A stretch of 64,000 nucleotides of DNA from Dehalococcoidia bacterium (lineage in GTDB: Bacteria; Chloroflexota; Dehalococcoidia; SHYB01). The stretch is taken from positions 3,447,372 to 3,511,371 of the forward strand of contig OZ253453.1 in the NCBI GenBank assembly GCA_965261455.1. The letters are read 5' to 3'. The notes under the pieces were generated by a model. That model ran no database searches and was not told the DNA's origin. It saw nothing but the letters and a program-made list of their open reading frames with translations. Of the stretch, positions 1 through 8,356 are shown piece by piece. The position numbers were made by a program, and so were the translations under genes. The number at the start of each line of letters is the position of its first letter. The stretch's first letter is position 1.

Positions 1-271
1 CATCCTGGGCAGAGGGGCCTTTGACGCTCTCACTCGACGATTTCGGCGTCAGTGGCTTGAGGGACGTGAGTTCAGCCGGGAACGGGCGCGTCAGCAGGAC
101 GGGGGTCCTAGCTATTACACGGTGCGGCGACACCGTGTCGGAGATGAGCTCATTGCTTTGGCCCGCCGGATGATGGCGTCCGGCGCGTTATCGACGTCAA
201 GATCCGCCAGAATTCTGGACGTCAAACCCCACCAAGTCCAGGCACTTCTCGGCCTTGGCGCGGTACGGTAG
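1..271 (+). CDS. 3' end of a gene entering from upstream of the window (partial). Hypothetical protein with an HTH-like C-terminus, possibly the partner of the DUF4411 gene that follows
   Basis: Reading frame is open from position 2 to a TAG at 269-271 (…ELIALARRMMASGALSTSRSARILDVKPHQVQALLGLGAVR*). The stop lies 7 nt before the DUF4411 start. Confidence 0.35.
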   Translation, partial: ILGRGAFDALTRRFRRQWLEGREFSRERARQQDGGPSYYTVRRHRVGDELIALARRMMASGALSTSRSARILDVKPHQVQALLGLGAVR

Positions 272-277
272 GGCTTC

Positions 278-760
278 TTGCTGTATCTCCTCGACGAGAA
301 TGTGCTCATTGACGCGCAGCGGGACTACTATCCCATCGACAGAGTTCCCCAATTCTGGGAGTTGCTCGTCCAAAAGGGATTTCTTGGGCAGGTCAAAGTT
401 CCACAGGAGGTCTACGAGAGGCTTACCGACCACCAGGATGATCCTCTCGCGGAGTGGCTGAAAGGCAACAAGGGTGCTTTGCTGCTCGACGAGGCTCTCC
501 CCAGCGGGTTGGTCGCCCGAGTGGTAGAGCAGGGTTATGCCAACGACCTGACCGACGACGAACTCGAGAAGATGGGCAACGACCCGTTCCTTGTCGCGTA
601 CGCGCTCGTCGCCCCTAATCATCGCCGCGTGGTGACGACCGAGCATTCAAAGCCGAATCGTAAGCGGGCGAATCGACACATCCCCGACGTGTGCGGTGGT
701 CTCGGGGTCCGCTGCATCGACACGTTTGAGCTTGTGCGGGCGTTGGACTTCAGGACTTGA
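278..760 (+). CDS. DUF4411-family PIN-like nuclease-domain protein
   Basis: 160-aa ORF (TTG start per the ORF track). Its N-terminus, MLYLLDENVLIDAQRDYYPIDRVPQFWELL, resembles the 49259..49738 paralog (MPDWLDSDTLIQPSRTYYSFALVPSFWSYL). The C-terminus, …RCIDTFELVRALDF, resembles …KCINLFELLTELG in that paralog. Confidence 0.65.
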   Translation: MLYLLDENVLIDAQRDYYPIDRVPQFWELLVQKGFLGQVKVPQEVYERLTDHQDDPLAEWLKGNKGALLLDEALPSGLVARVVEQGYANDLTDDELEKMGNDPFLVAYALVAPNHRRVVTTEHSKPNRKRANRHIPDVCGGLGVRCIDTFELVRALDFRT

Positions 761-936
761 TGAGGCCCGCCCGGCCCCGTCTTTCGTTGCGCGGGTAAAG
801 GGGTTGTGATAACCTTCGCGTTGCTCATTTTCAGGTGGACCGTGGGGCATCTGCGCCTAGGACCACCTACTGAAGGGGGTAGGCCCTGAAAGACTTCGAG
901 TATGTAGCTCCGGCCACTGTCGAGGACGCGGTCGGG

Positions 937-1755
937 TTGATGGCGGAGAAGGGGGCCAAGGCGCGGGCGCTGGCGGGTGGCACCGACCTGCTGATTCACC
1001 TGCGGGCCAAGGTCTTCGAGCTTGACCGCGTGGTCGACTTGAAGAAGATTCCCGAGCTAACCGAGATTGCCATCTCGGCGGGCGAGGGGCTGACTCTAGG
1101 GGCGGCGGCGCCCTGCTACCAGATCTATGAGAACCAAGCGGTGCGGGAGACCTACCCCGCGCTGTTCGACTCCGCGTGGATGATCGGCGGAATCCAGATT
1201 CAGGGCCGGGCCAGCGTGGGGGGCAACGTCGCCAACGCGTCGCCGAGCGGCGACACCATCCCGTCGGTCATTGTGCACCGCGGCGTGTGCGTCATCGTGG
1301 GCCCGAACGGGCGGCGCGAGGTGCCGGCGGCGGAGTTCTGCACGGGGCCGCGGCAGACGGTGCTCCAAGACGGCGAGATTCTGGTCTCGATCAAGTTCCC
1401 GCCGCCGATGAAGGGCGAGGGATCGCATTATCTGCGGTTCATCCCGCGCAACGAGATGGACATCGCGGTGGCGGGCACGGGGGCGTCGGTCGTCCTCAAT
1501 AACGGGACCATCGAGTCGGCGCTAATCGCGCTGGCCTCGGTGGCGCCGAAGCCGGTGGTGGCGACCGAGGCGCAGGAGTTCCTGGCCGGCAAGGAAGCGA
1601 CGGAAGAGAACATCGTCGAGGCTTCGGAGCTGGCGAAGAAGGTCGCGAGTCCGATTACCGATATGCGCGGCACGATCGAGCAGCGGGTGCATCTCGTCGG
1701 AGTGCTGACGAAGCGCGCGCTGCGCAAAGCCGTCGAGCGAGCCAAAGGGGCGTAA
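937..1755 (+). CDS. Molybdenum hydroxylase FAD-binding medium subunit (CoxM/CutM-like)
   Basis: 272-aa ORF with AGGTDLL and GGN motifs. The conserved N-terminal FEYVAPATVEDAVGL is in frame upstream, after a TAG at about 880. The true start is therefore probably a non-canonical codon (CTG) near 886. Confidence 0.85.
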   Translation: MMAEKGAKARALAGGTDLLIHLRAKVFELDRVVDLKKIPELTEIAISAGEGLTLGAAAPCYQIYENQAVRETYPALFDSAWMIGGIQIQGRASVGGNVANASPSGDTIPSVIVHRGVCVIVGPNGRREVPAAEFCTGPRQTVLQDGEILVSIKFPPPMKGEGSHYLRFIPRNEMDIAVAGTGASVVLNNGTIESALIALASVAPKPVVATEAQEFLAGKEATEENIVEASELAKKVASPITDMRGTIEQRVHLVGVLTKRALRKAVERAKGA

Positions 1756-1761
1756 CCGCAG

Positions 1762-2241
1762 ATGTCGAAGAAGATTCACGTTAACGCCAAGATCAACGGC
1801 GACGAGGCCGACTTCCTGGTCGAGGCCCGCCAAAGCCTTCTCGAAGTGCTGCGCGACGTCATCGGGCTCACCGGCACCAAGGAAGGCTGCAACGACGGCA
1901 ACTGCGGCGCGTGCACCATTTCCATGGACGGACGCATCGTCGATGCGTGCTGCGTGCTGGCCGTCGAGGCCGAGGGGTCGGACATTCTAACCATCGAAGG
2001 TGTTGCCTCCCCGGAGGGGCTGCACCCGGTACAGCAGGCTTTCCTGGAGCAGGCCGCCCTGCAGTGCGGCATCTGCACGCCCGGCTTCATCGTCGCCGCC
2101 AAGGCGCTGCTGGAGAAGGAGCCCGACGCCAGCGAACACCGCATCCGCCACTGGCTCGCGGGGAATCTCTGCCGTTGCACCGGCTACGACAAGATCATCC
2201 GCGCCGTCATGCAGGCGGGGGAGATGGCGCAGGCCAAGTAA
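1762..2241 (+). CDS. Molybdenum hydroxylase [2Fe-2S] small subunit (CoxS/CutS-like)
   Basis: 159 aa with the Cys motifs CNDGNCGACT and CGICTPGF…CRCTGY, placed between the medium and large subunit genes. Confidence 0.9.
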   Translation: MSKKIHVNAKINGDEADFLVEARQSLLEVLRDVIGLTGTKEGCNDGNCGACTISMDGRIVDACCVLAVEAEGSDILTIEGVASPEGLHPVQQAFLEQAALQCGICTPGFIVAAKALLEKEPDASEHRIRHWLAGNLCRCTGYDKIIRAVMQAGEMAQAK

Positions 2242-2403
2242 CGAATCTCGGGCGCGCGCCTGAGCGTAGTACGGGAAAGACCGAAGGGGCGCCGGCGCGC
2301 CTGGCGTGCCTGGCGCCTTTATCATTAAGGCGAAGGATGACAGAAAAGCGGCCCGTGCCGCGGGCCAGGGCTTCAGGCCCATTTCGGCTGAGGAGCAGAC
2401 GCT

Positions 2404-4695
2404 ATGACCACCACCGCTGACCCGCCCCCCGAGTTCAAGGTCCTTGGCACGAGACCGCTCCGCCACGATGGCATGGAGAAGGTGACCGGGCAGGCCCGCT
2501 ACGGCGCCGACATTCACCCGCCGGGCCTTCTGCAGGGCAAGATTCTGCGCAGCCCGCACGCCCACGCGCGGATCAAGTCGATCGACACGAGCAAGGCCGA
2601 GGCGCTCGACGGCGTGCGCGCCGTCATCACCAACGCGGACTACCCCATCGTCAGCAATACGCCGATCGACTTGGCGGAGGTGCTGATGAACGCGCGGGTC
2701 ATGGCGGAAAACGACCTTGCCGGCAAGAAGGTGCTCTACAAGGGGCATGCCGTTGTCGCCGTGGTGGCGGTGAGCCCGCATGTCGCCGAGGAGGCGCTCG
2801 ACCTGGTCGACGTGGAGTATGAAGTCCTCGACCCGCTCATGACGGTGGACGTGGCGATGGCGCCCGGCGCGCCGCTCCTGCACGAGGATATGACGACGCA
2901 TACCCTGGCGGCGCGGTTCACCCGCGGCACGGACACCGGCGAGCGCAGCAACATCGCGTCGCGGCTGCTGTTCGAGGGGGGCGACCGTGAGAAGGCGTTC
3001 ACTGAAGCGGACGTGATCGTCGAGCGGGACTTCCGCACCAAGGCGGTGCATCAGGGCTATATCGAGCCGCACAGCTCGACGGCGTCGTGGACGCCGGACG
3101 GGCACGTCACGATCTGGACCTCGACGCAAGGGGCGTTTGGGATCCGGAGCTCGGTGGCGGCGATCCTGCGGATCCCCGAGGCGAAGATCAAGGTAGTGCC
3201 ACTGGAGATGGGCGGCGGCTTCGGAGGCAAGATTTCCAGCTATCTCGACTCCGTCGCGGCCATCGCGTCGCGCAAGACGGGGCATCCGGTGAAGTTCACC
3301 ATGACGCGCAAGGAAGTCTTCGAGGGCACGGGGCCGACTTCGGGGACGCACATCAAGGCAAAGATCGGGGCCAAGAAGGACGGCACGATCGTCGCGGCCG
3401 ATCTGTGGCTTGCCTACGAGGCCGGCGCCTATCCGGGGTCGCCCGTGGGCGCCGGCGTCATGTACGGCATGGCGCCGTACGCCATCGAGAACTTCGCTGT
3501 GGACGGGTACGATGTGGTGGTGAACAAGCCGAAGGTGGCGGCCTACCGCGCGCCGGGTACGCCGCAAGCGGCGTTCGCGATGGAGCAGGTAGTGGACCAG
3601 CTCGCCCGCGAGCTCGGCATGGACCCGATCGAGCTCCGCCTGAAGAACGTGCAGCGTGAGGGCGGGCGGCAGGTGAACGGCATCCCGTTCGGAGCGATCG
3701 GCTGCGAAGAAGTCGAGCAAGCGATGCTCGAATCGGAGCACTACAAGAGCAAACTCGAAGGGCCGAACCGGGGCCGCGGCGTGGCCATGGGGTTCTGGGG
3801 CAACGGCGGCATGCACTCGGCGGCGACCCTGGCGGTGAACGCCGAGGGCACGGTAAACATGGTCACCGGCTCCGTCGATCTCTGCGGCACCCGCGTCGCT
3901 CTGGCGATGCAGGTGGCCGAGGTGCTCGGCCTGCGCGCCGAAGACATCGTGCCCAGCGTGGGCGATACCGACTCGGTGGGCTTCACCGCCGCTTCGGGCG
4001 GGAGCCGCACGGCGTTTGCCACCGGCATCGCGGTGATCCAGGCGGCGCATAAGATCGTCGATCATCTCAAGGCCTTCGCCGGACGCATGTGGGAACTGCC
4101 GCCCGAGGAGATCGCGTTCGAGAACGGGGTCTTCGTCAATCCCAAGGACGCCGAGGAGAACAAGACCTTCAAGCAGTTGGCCATGATGGCCTTCCGCCAG
4201 GGCGCGGTGACCGCCTCGGCATCGGTGAACCCGGGCGGCGTCGGCGTCGCCTACGCGGGGCACATCGCCGACGTCGAAGTCGATCCTGAGACGGGCAAGG
4301 TCACAGTGCTGCGCTACACCACCTTCCAAGACGTGGGCCGCGCCGTCCACCCGAGCTACGTCGAGGGGCAGATGCAGGGCGGGGCGGTGCAGGGCATCGG
4401 TTGGGCGCTCAACGAGGAGTATTTCTGGACGGACGACGGCACGATGGCAAACTCGTCGTTCCTCGATTACCGGATGCCGACGAGCCTCGACCTGCCGATG
4501 ATCGAGACGCAGATCGTGGAGAAGCCGAACCCCGGCCATCCCTTCGGCCTGCGGGGCGTGGGCGAGGTGTCGATCGTGCCGCCGATGGCCGCGATCGCCA
4601 ACGCCGTGGTCGACGCGGCCGGCGCTCGCTTGACGGAGCTGCCGATGTCGCCGGGAGCGGTGCTCAAGGCGATGCAAAAGCAGCAGGGCTCATAG
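2404..4695 (+). CDS. Molybdopterin-binding large subunit of a xanthine dehydrogenase / aldehyde oxidoreductase-family enzyme
   Basis: 763 aa. At the position where form I CO dehydrogenases carry VAYRCSFR, the motif here is AAYRAPGTPQ, which argues against a true CODH. Gene order M-S-L. Confidence 0.9.
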   Translation: MTTTADPPPEFKVLGTRPLRHDGMEKVTGQARYGADIHPPGLLQGKILRSPHAHARIKSIDTSKAEALDGVRAVITNADYPIVSNTPIDLAEVLMNARVMAENDLAGKKVLYKGHAVVAVVAVSPHVAEEALDLVDVEYEVLDPLMTVDVAMAPGAPLLHEDMTTHTLAARFTRGTDTGERSNIASRLLFEGGDREKAFTEADVIVERDFRTKAVHQGYIEPHSSTASWTPDGHVTIWTSTQGAFGIRSSVAAILRIPEAKIKVVPLEMGGGFGGKISSYLDSVAAIASRKTGHPVKFTMTRKEVFEGTGPTSGTHIKAKIGAKKDGTIVAADLWLAYEAGAYPGSPVGAGVMYGMAPYAIENFAVDGYDVVVNKPKVAAYRAPGTPQAAFAMEQVVDQLARELGMDPIELRLKNVQREGGRQVNGIPFGAIGCEEVEQAMLESEHYKSKLEGPNRGRGVAMGFWGNGGMHSAATLAVNAEGTVNMVTGSVDLCGTRVALAMQVAEVLGLRAEDIVPSVGDTDSVGFTAASGGSRTAFATGIAVIQAAHKIVDHLKAFAGRMWELPPEEIAFENGVFVNPKDAEENKTFKQLAMMAFRQGAVTASASVNPGGVGVAYAGHIADVEVDPETGKVTVLRYTTFQDVGRAVHPSYVEGQMQGGAVQGIGWALNEEYFWTDDGTMANSSFLDYRMPTSLDLPMIETQIVEKPNPGHPFGLRGVGEVSIVPPMAAIANAVVDAAGARLTELPMSPGAVLKAMQKQQGS

Positions 4696-4705
4696 GACCG
4701 CCGCG

Positions 4706-4972
4706 GTGGCTATCGTCTTCATTCCGTCGCTCATGCGCGACCTTACGGGGGGCGTGGATAAGGTGACCGTCGAAGGCGCGACACTGCGCCAGGTCATCAA
4801 CGCGCTCGAAGCGGCGCACCCCGGCACAAAGGACCGGTTGGTGGATGCGGAGGGGCGTATTCAGGAGGGCCTCGCCGTTGCCATCGACGGCGAGACGACG
4901 CACCTTGGCCTCATCGAGCCCGTCAAGGAGATGTCCGAGATTCACTTCATCCCAGCCATCGGCGGGGGATAA
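4706..4972 (+). CDS. MoaD/ThiS-family small sulfur-carrier-like protein
   Basis: 88 aa ending in a -GG C-terminus, with a ubiquitin-like fold signature (…IHFIPAIGGG). Lies immediately after the large-subunit gene. Confidence 0.65.
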   Translation: MAIVFIPSLMRDLTGGVDKVTVEGATLRQVINALEAAHPGTKDRLVDAEGRIQEGLAVAIDGETTHLGLIEPVKEMSEIHFIPAIGGG

Positions 4973-4978
4973 CGACCT

Positions 4979-5938
4979 ATGCTCGGCAAGGCGCTCATGG
5001 TCGTGGCCGTCGCCGCGCTGACGCTTTCGGCGTGCTCCTCAGGCGCCGACCCGACGCCGCTTCCGCCAACGTCCCCGCCTCCATCTCCGACGGCGACACC
5101 GGAACCAATGGCGACGCCGGAACCTGCGCCCACGGCCATGTCCGAGCCGACGTCGACCCCCGTGCCAACATGGACACCCGAGCCGACGTGGACGCCCGAG
5201 CCGACGTATACGCCCGCACCCACGGCGGCGCCCGCACCCACGGCGACGGCCGCACCAACGGCGACGGCCGCGCCGGTGTCGACGGCGACGCCGCTCCCTA
5301 CCGCCCCGCCCGCGCCGACAGCGACGGCCGCGCCGGTGTCGACGGTGACGCCGCTCCCTACGTCGACGGCCACCGCGACAGTTACACCGCAGCCCACCCC
5401 CACGCCCACGGTGATGGCGCCGACGACGCAGCAGGGCTGGGCGTGCGCCGAGGATCTCGGCGGAGTCAGGTGGACGTGCGGGGGCGACATCCTGCCCGAT
5501 AGGCCCGGGGAGGAAAGCTGGTCGTGCACCGGCGCCCGAGGGTTGTTCTGGACCTGCCGGAGCGACATCGACGTCGGGGAGCGTTACACGCAAAGCTGGT
5601 CGTGCACTCACCCACCGGCGGACGAGTGGGCGTGCAGCGGCGACGTTGCGTTCGGGACGGAATTTGGCGAGAAGTGGGCCTGCACGGGGGCCCAGGGCGG
5701 CGCCGCGTGGACGTGCACCGGCGATATTGTGACCGAGACCTTCCACGACGAGACCTGGTCGTGCAGCCTTGCCGCCGGGGCCTGGTTCTGCCACGGCAAC
5801 ATCCTGCCCGAGATCGCGAGCCAGACATGGTCGTGCAGTGCCGGCGCCGGGCGCGACTCGTGGATGTGCCAGGGCGGCCTGGGAGGGTTCGAGCCGGTTG
5901 TCGGGATGCCGTTCCTGTTCTTCGACAACAGGGAGTAG
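4979..5938 (+). CDS. Secreted lipoprotein with a Pro/Thr-rich linker and twelve W-x-C-x-G mini-repeats. Function unknown
   Basis: Signal peptide with lipobox LTLSAC. About 120 aa of PT-rich linker are encoded by tandem DNA repeats. Repeats WACAED/WTCGGD/WSCTGA/WTCRSD/WSCTHP/WACSGD/WACTGA/WTCTGD/WSCSLA/WFCHGN/WSCSAG/WMCQGG follow. Confidence 0.6.
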   Translation: MLGKALMVVAVAALTLSACSSGADPTPLPPTSPPPSPTATPEPMATPEPAPTAMSEPTSTPVPTWTPEPTWTPEPTYTPAPTAAPAPTATAAPTATAAPVSTATPLPTAPPAPTATAAPVSTVTPLPTSTATATVTPQPTPTPTVMAPTTQQGWACAEDLGGVRWTCGGDILPDRPGEESWSCTGARGLFWTCRSDIDVGERYTQSWSCTHPPADEWACSGDVAFGTEFGEKWACTGAQGGAAWTCTGDIVTETFHDETWSCSLAAGAWFCHGNILPEIASQTWSCSAGAGRDSWMCQGGLGGFEPVVGMPFLFFDNRE

Positions 5939-5968
5939 GCGGCGCCCTTTCGCCTTCCCCCGCGGCTG

Positions 5969-6781
5969 TTAACTGCCTTCTTTGAGGAAGGCGACGATGG
6001 CGGGCCAGGCGGCGGCGTCTTGCCAGAAGAAGACGTGGCCGCCTTCGAAGAGTTGGAGGCCCGCGTTGGGAATCGCGGCGGCTAGGGCCTCCAGGTTTTC
6101 CGGCGGGGCGATGCGGTCGTAGCGTCCACCGCAGACGAGGGCCGGCACGGAGATTGATCCCAAGCGGTCGTAGGTGTCGTGGCCGCGGCGGGCCTCGAGT
6201 TGGCGGCGTGCTCCGGCGGCGGTCTCCTGTTCTTCGGCCGATCCGGTTGACGGCTGGGTCTTCTTCATCGCCGTGAGTAGGGTGCCGATTTCGGCGGGGG
6301 CCGCGGCAGGGTCGGTCCCCTCGTAGCGCGAGTCGATGAGGCCGACGCCGAACGCGGCGGCTTCGTCCGGCGGAAGTGCCGCCAACTCGTGCAGGGGGTA
6401 GGAGGGTCTGCCCGCGCCGCCGCTCGACGTGCAGGCCAGCACGAGGCGGTCGACACGTTTGGGGTGACGAATAGCGAGCTCCTGCGCCACCATGCCGCCG
6501 AACGAGACGCCCACGACCGGGGCGCGGTCCCAACCGGCGAAGTCGAGCATCGCCGCGGCGTCGTCGGCGTAGTCGCGCATGGTGTAGGGGACGTCGGGCT
6601 TGGCGGACTGCCCGAGGCCCCGCTGGTCGTAGGCGAGAACGTCGAAGGCGTCTTCGAGGGGGCCGGCGAAGATGCGGGCGTCTCGGAGGTCGCCGCCGGT
6701 CCAGTTGAGATAGAGGAGCGGCGGGCCGGCCCCGGCGCGCTCGTAGTAGATGCGGATGCCGCGAACGTCAGCGAAGGGCAT
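5969..6781 (-). CDS. Alpha/beta-fold hydrolase
   Basis: 270 aa with nucleophile elbow GVSFGG and an HG oxyanion motif (…VLAYDQRGLGQS). Confidence 0.8.
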   Translation of the reverse strand: MPFADVRGIRIYYERAGAGPPLLYLNWTGGDLRDARIFAGPLEDAFDVLAYDQRGLGQSAKPDVPYTMRDYADDAAAMLDFAGWDRAPVVGVSFGGMVAQELAIRHPKRVDRLVLACTSSGGAGRPSYPLHELAALPPDEAAAFGVGLIDSRYEGTDPAAAPAEIGTLLTAMKKTQPSTGSAEEQETAAGARRQLEARRGHDTYDRLGSISVPALVCGGRYDRIAPPENLEALAAAIPNAGLQLFEGGHVFFWQDAAAWPAIVAFLKEGS

Positions 6782-6783
6782 GG

Positions 6784-7620
6784 CTATTCCCCGGCGAACT
6801 CGGGGTCGCGCTTTTCGAGGAAGGACCGGACGCCCTCCTCGCGGTCGCTGCTCTGGAAGGCGTTGCGGAGGGTGAACGACTCGTACTGAGCGAAGGTCTC
6901 CAGGTCTTGCCGCAGGCCCAGATAGACGGCGCGTTTCGCCATGGCCAGTGCGATGGGCGGGCCCTTAGCGAGGGTCAGCGCGACCTCGCGGGTGCGCTCG
7001 TAGAGCTTGTCGTGGGGGACGACCTCGTTGACCAGACCAATCTCGGCGGCTTCCTTGCTGTCGAGCATCTTGCCCATGAAGATGATCTCCATGGCCTTGG
7101 GCAGAGGCACGATCTGGGGCAGGGTGTAGGCGCCAAGGGCCTCGGGAGGAATCCCCCGCTTCAGCCAGGCCGCGCCGAACTTGGCCTCGGTGGAGGCGAT
7201 GCGCAGGTCGCAGGCCAGGGCAAGGGAGAAGCCGACGCCGACCGCGGGTCCGTTAACGGCGGCGATGACGGGTTGGGGGGCGTGGCGCAGCGCCCGCACG
7301 AAGCTGTCCTGGCCGGTGCGCGGGGTGAAGCGTTTCTTCAGCAAGGGATGTTCGCCGCGGCGAGGCTCCTTCAGGTCTTGGCCCGAGCAGAAGCCGCGCC
7401 CGGCGCCGGTGATCACGAGCACCCTGGCGTCGCTTTGGGCGACGTGCTCGATGGTGTCGAAAATCTCATCGAGCATCCCCGGGGCCGTGGCGTTGAGCCG
7501 TTCGGGACGGTTGAGCGTGATCGTGGCGATGCCGTCGCCGTCGGTATCGAGCAGGACTCGCTCGCTTGCCATGAAGGACTCCCTGGAACAATCGCGCCGA
7601 AGCGCCGTGGCGAAGATCAT
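6784..7620 (-). CDS. Enoyl-CoA hydratase/isomerase (crotonase) family protein
   Basis: 278 aa with crotonase fold motifs (ITGAGRGFCSGQDL, AAVNGPAVGVGFSLALACD). Confidence 0.85.
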   Translation of the reverse strand: MIFATALRRDCSRESFMASERVLLDTDGDGIATITLNRPERLNATAPGMLDEIFDTIEHVAQSDARVLVITGAGRGFCSGQDLKEPRRGEHPLLKKRFTPRTGQDSFVRALRHAPQPVIAAVNGPAVGVGFSLALACDLRIASTEAKFGAAWLKRGIPPEALGAYTLPQIVPLPKAMEIIFMGKMLDSKEAAEIGLVNEVVPHDKLYERTREVALTLAKGPPIALAMAKRAVYLGLRQDLETFAQYESFTLRNAFQSSDREEGVRSFLEKRDPEFAGE

Positions 7621-7666
7621 AGCCCCCGTGCGGGCGCCGCGCCAACCGCAGCCCTATAATCGGGCC

Positions 7667-8122
7667 ATGACGGTGGTGATACGCGACGCGGAGGAGGGCG
7701 ACCTGGAGCGCCTACGGGAGTTGTACGCCCAGCTTGCCCCCAGCGGCGACTCCCCCGAGCCGGGCGGCCCGCAGCGGTCGCTGGCGGCCCTTGAAGAGAT
7801 CACGGCGCGTGAGGGAGTCCGCCTGCTCGTGCTGGAGGCCGATGGGCGGGTCGAGGGCAGTGTAGTCTTGGTCATCGTCCCCAATCTGACCCACGGGGGC
7901 AGGCCATGGGCAGTGATTGAGCACATGATCGTCGATGAGTCACGGCAAGGTACGGGGATGGGGCGGCTACTGATCCGCCGCGTCGAGGATATCGTGGCCG
8001 AGGCGGGCTGCTACAAGCTCCAGTTCCTCAGCGCGTGGCGACGCAAGGACACGGCTCACCCCTTCTACGAGGCGATGGGTTACGAGTCGCCGGCGCGGGG
8101 GTTCCGGAAGCACTTCTCTTAG
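7667..8122 (+). CDS. GNAT-family N-acetyltransferase
   Basis: Internal ATG of track ORF 7181..8122. Sequence MTVVIRDAEEGDLERLRELY… with acetyl-CoA motif RQGTGMGRLL. Confidence 0.75.
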   Translation: MTVVIRDAEEGDLERLRELYAQLAPSGDSPEPGGPQRSLAALEEITAREGVRLLVLEADGRVEGSVVLVIVPNLTHGGRPWAVIEHMIVDESRQGTGMGRLLIRRVEDIVAEAGCYKLQFLSAWRRKDTAHPFYEAMGYESPARGFRKHFS

Positions 8123-8356
8123 CCCCAGTTTGCGGAGGGTGGGGGCGGTGCTATACTAGCCGCCCGGTTCAACGGAGCGTTCGGCCCAGCCTCCGACTTC
8201 GAGAGATGGGGGCTGGGATGCGCTTCGGTTTGGCTCCCACCGGCAAATCCGAAGATGGCGTTTTGGCGTTAGGTTAGGCGAAGTCCTGAGCACGCTCCTA
8301 TGGCTCGATAGACGGCGGCCTCGGTGCTCCGCATTTCCGTTAGGGATGGTGCATTG

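Noticed and set aside
1987-4677. 896-aa antisense ORF opposite the large-subunit gene, and similar long antisense ORFs (5466..6533, 12462..14354, 35412..36857 N-terminal part, 45804..47633 and others)
   Set aside because: Low-complexity Arg/Ala/Gly/Pro-rich translations typical of stop-codon-poor antisense frames in about 70% G+C DNA. Each overlaps a well-supported gene on the other strand.
7181-7666. N-terminal 162 codons of track ORF 7181..8122
   Set aside because: Low-complexity region that runs antisense to the crotonase gene. The recognisable GNAT domain starts at the internal ATG at 7667.
8123-8356. Possible structured RNA or riboswitch upstream of fabF
   Set aside because: Only a TATACT-like box and weak G-rich runs are visible. 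There is no convincing conserved stem architecture.
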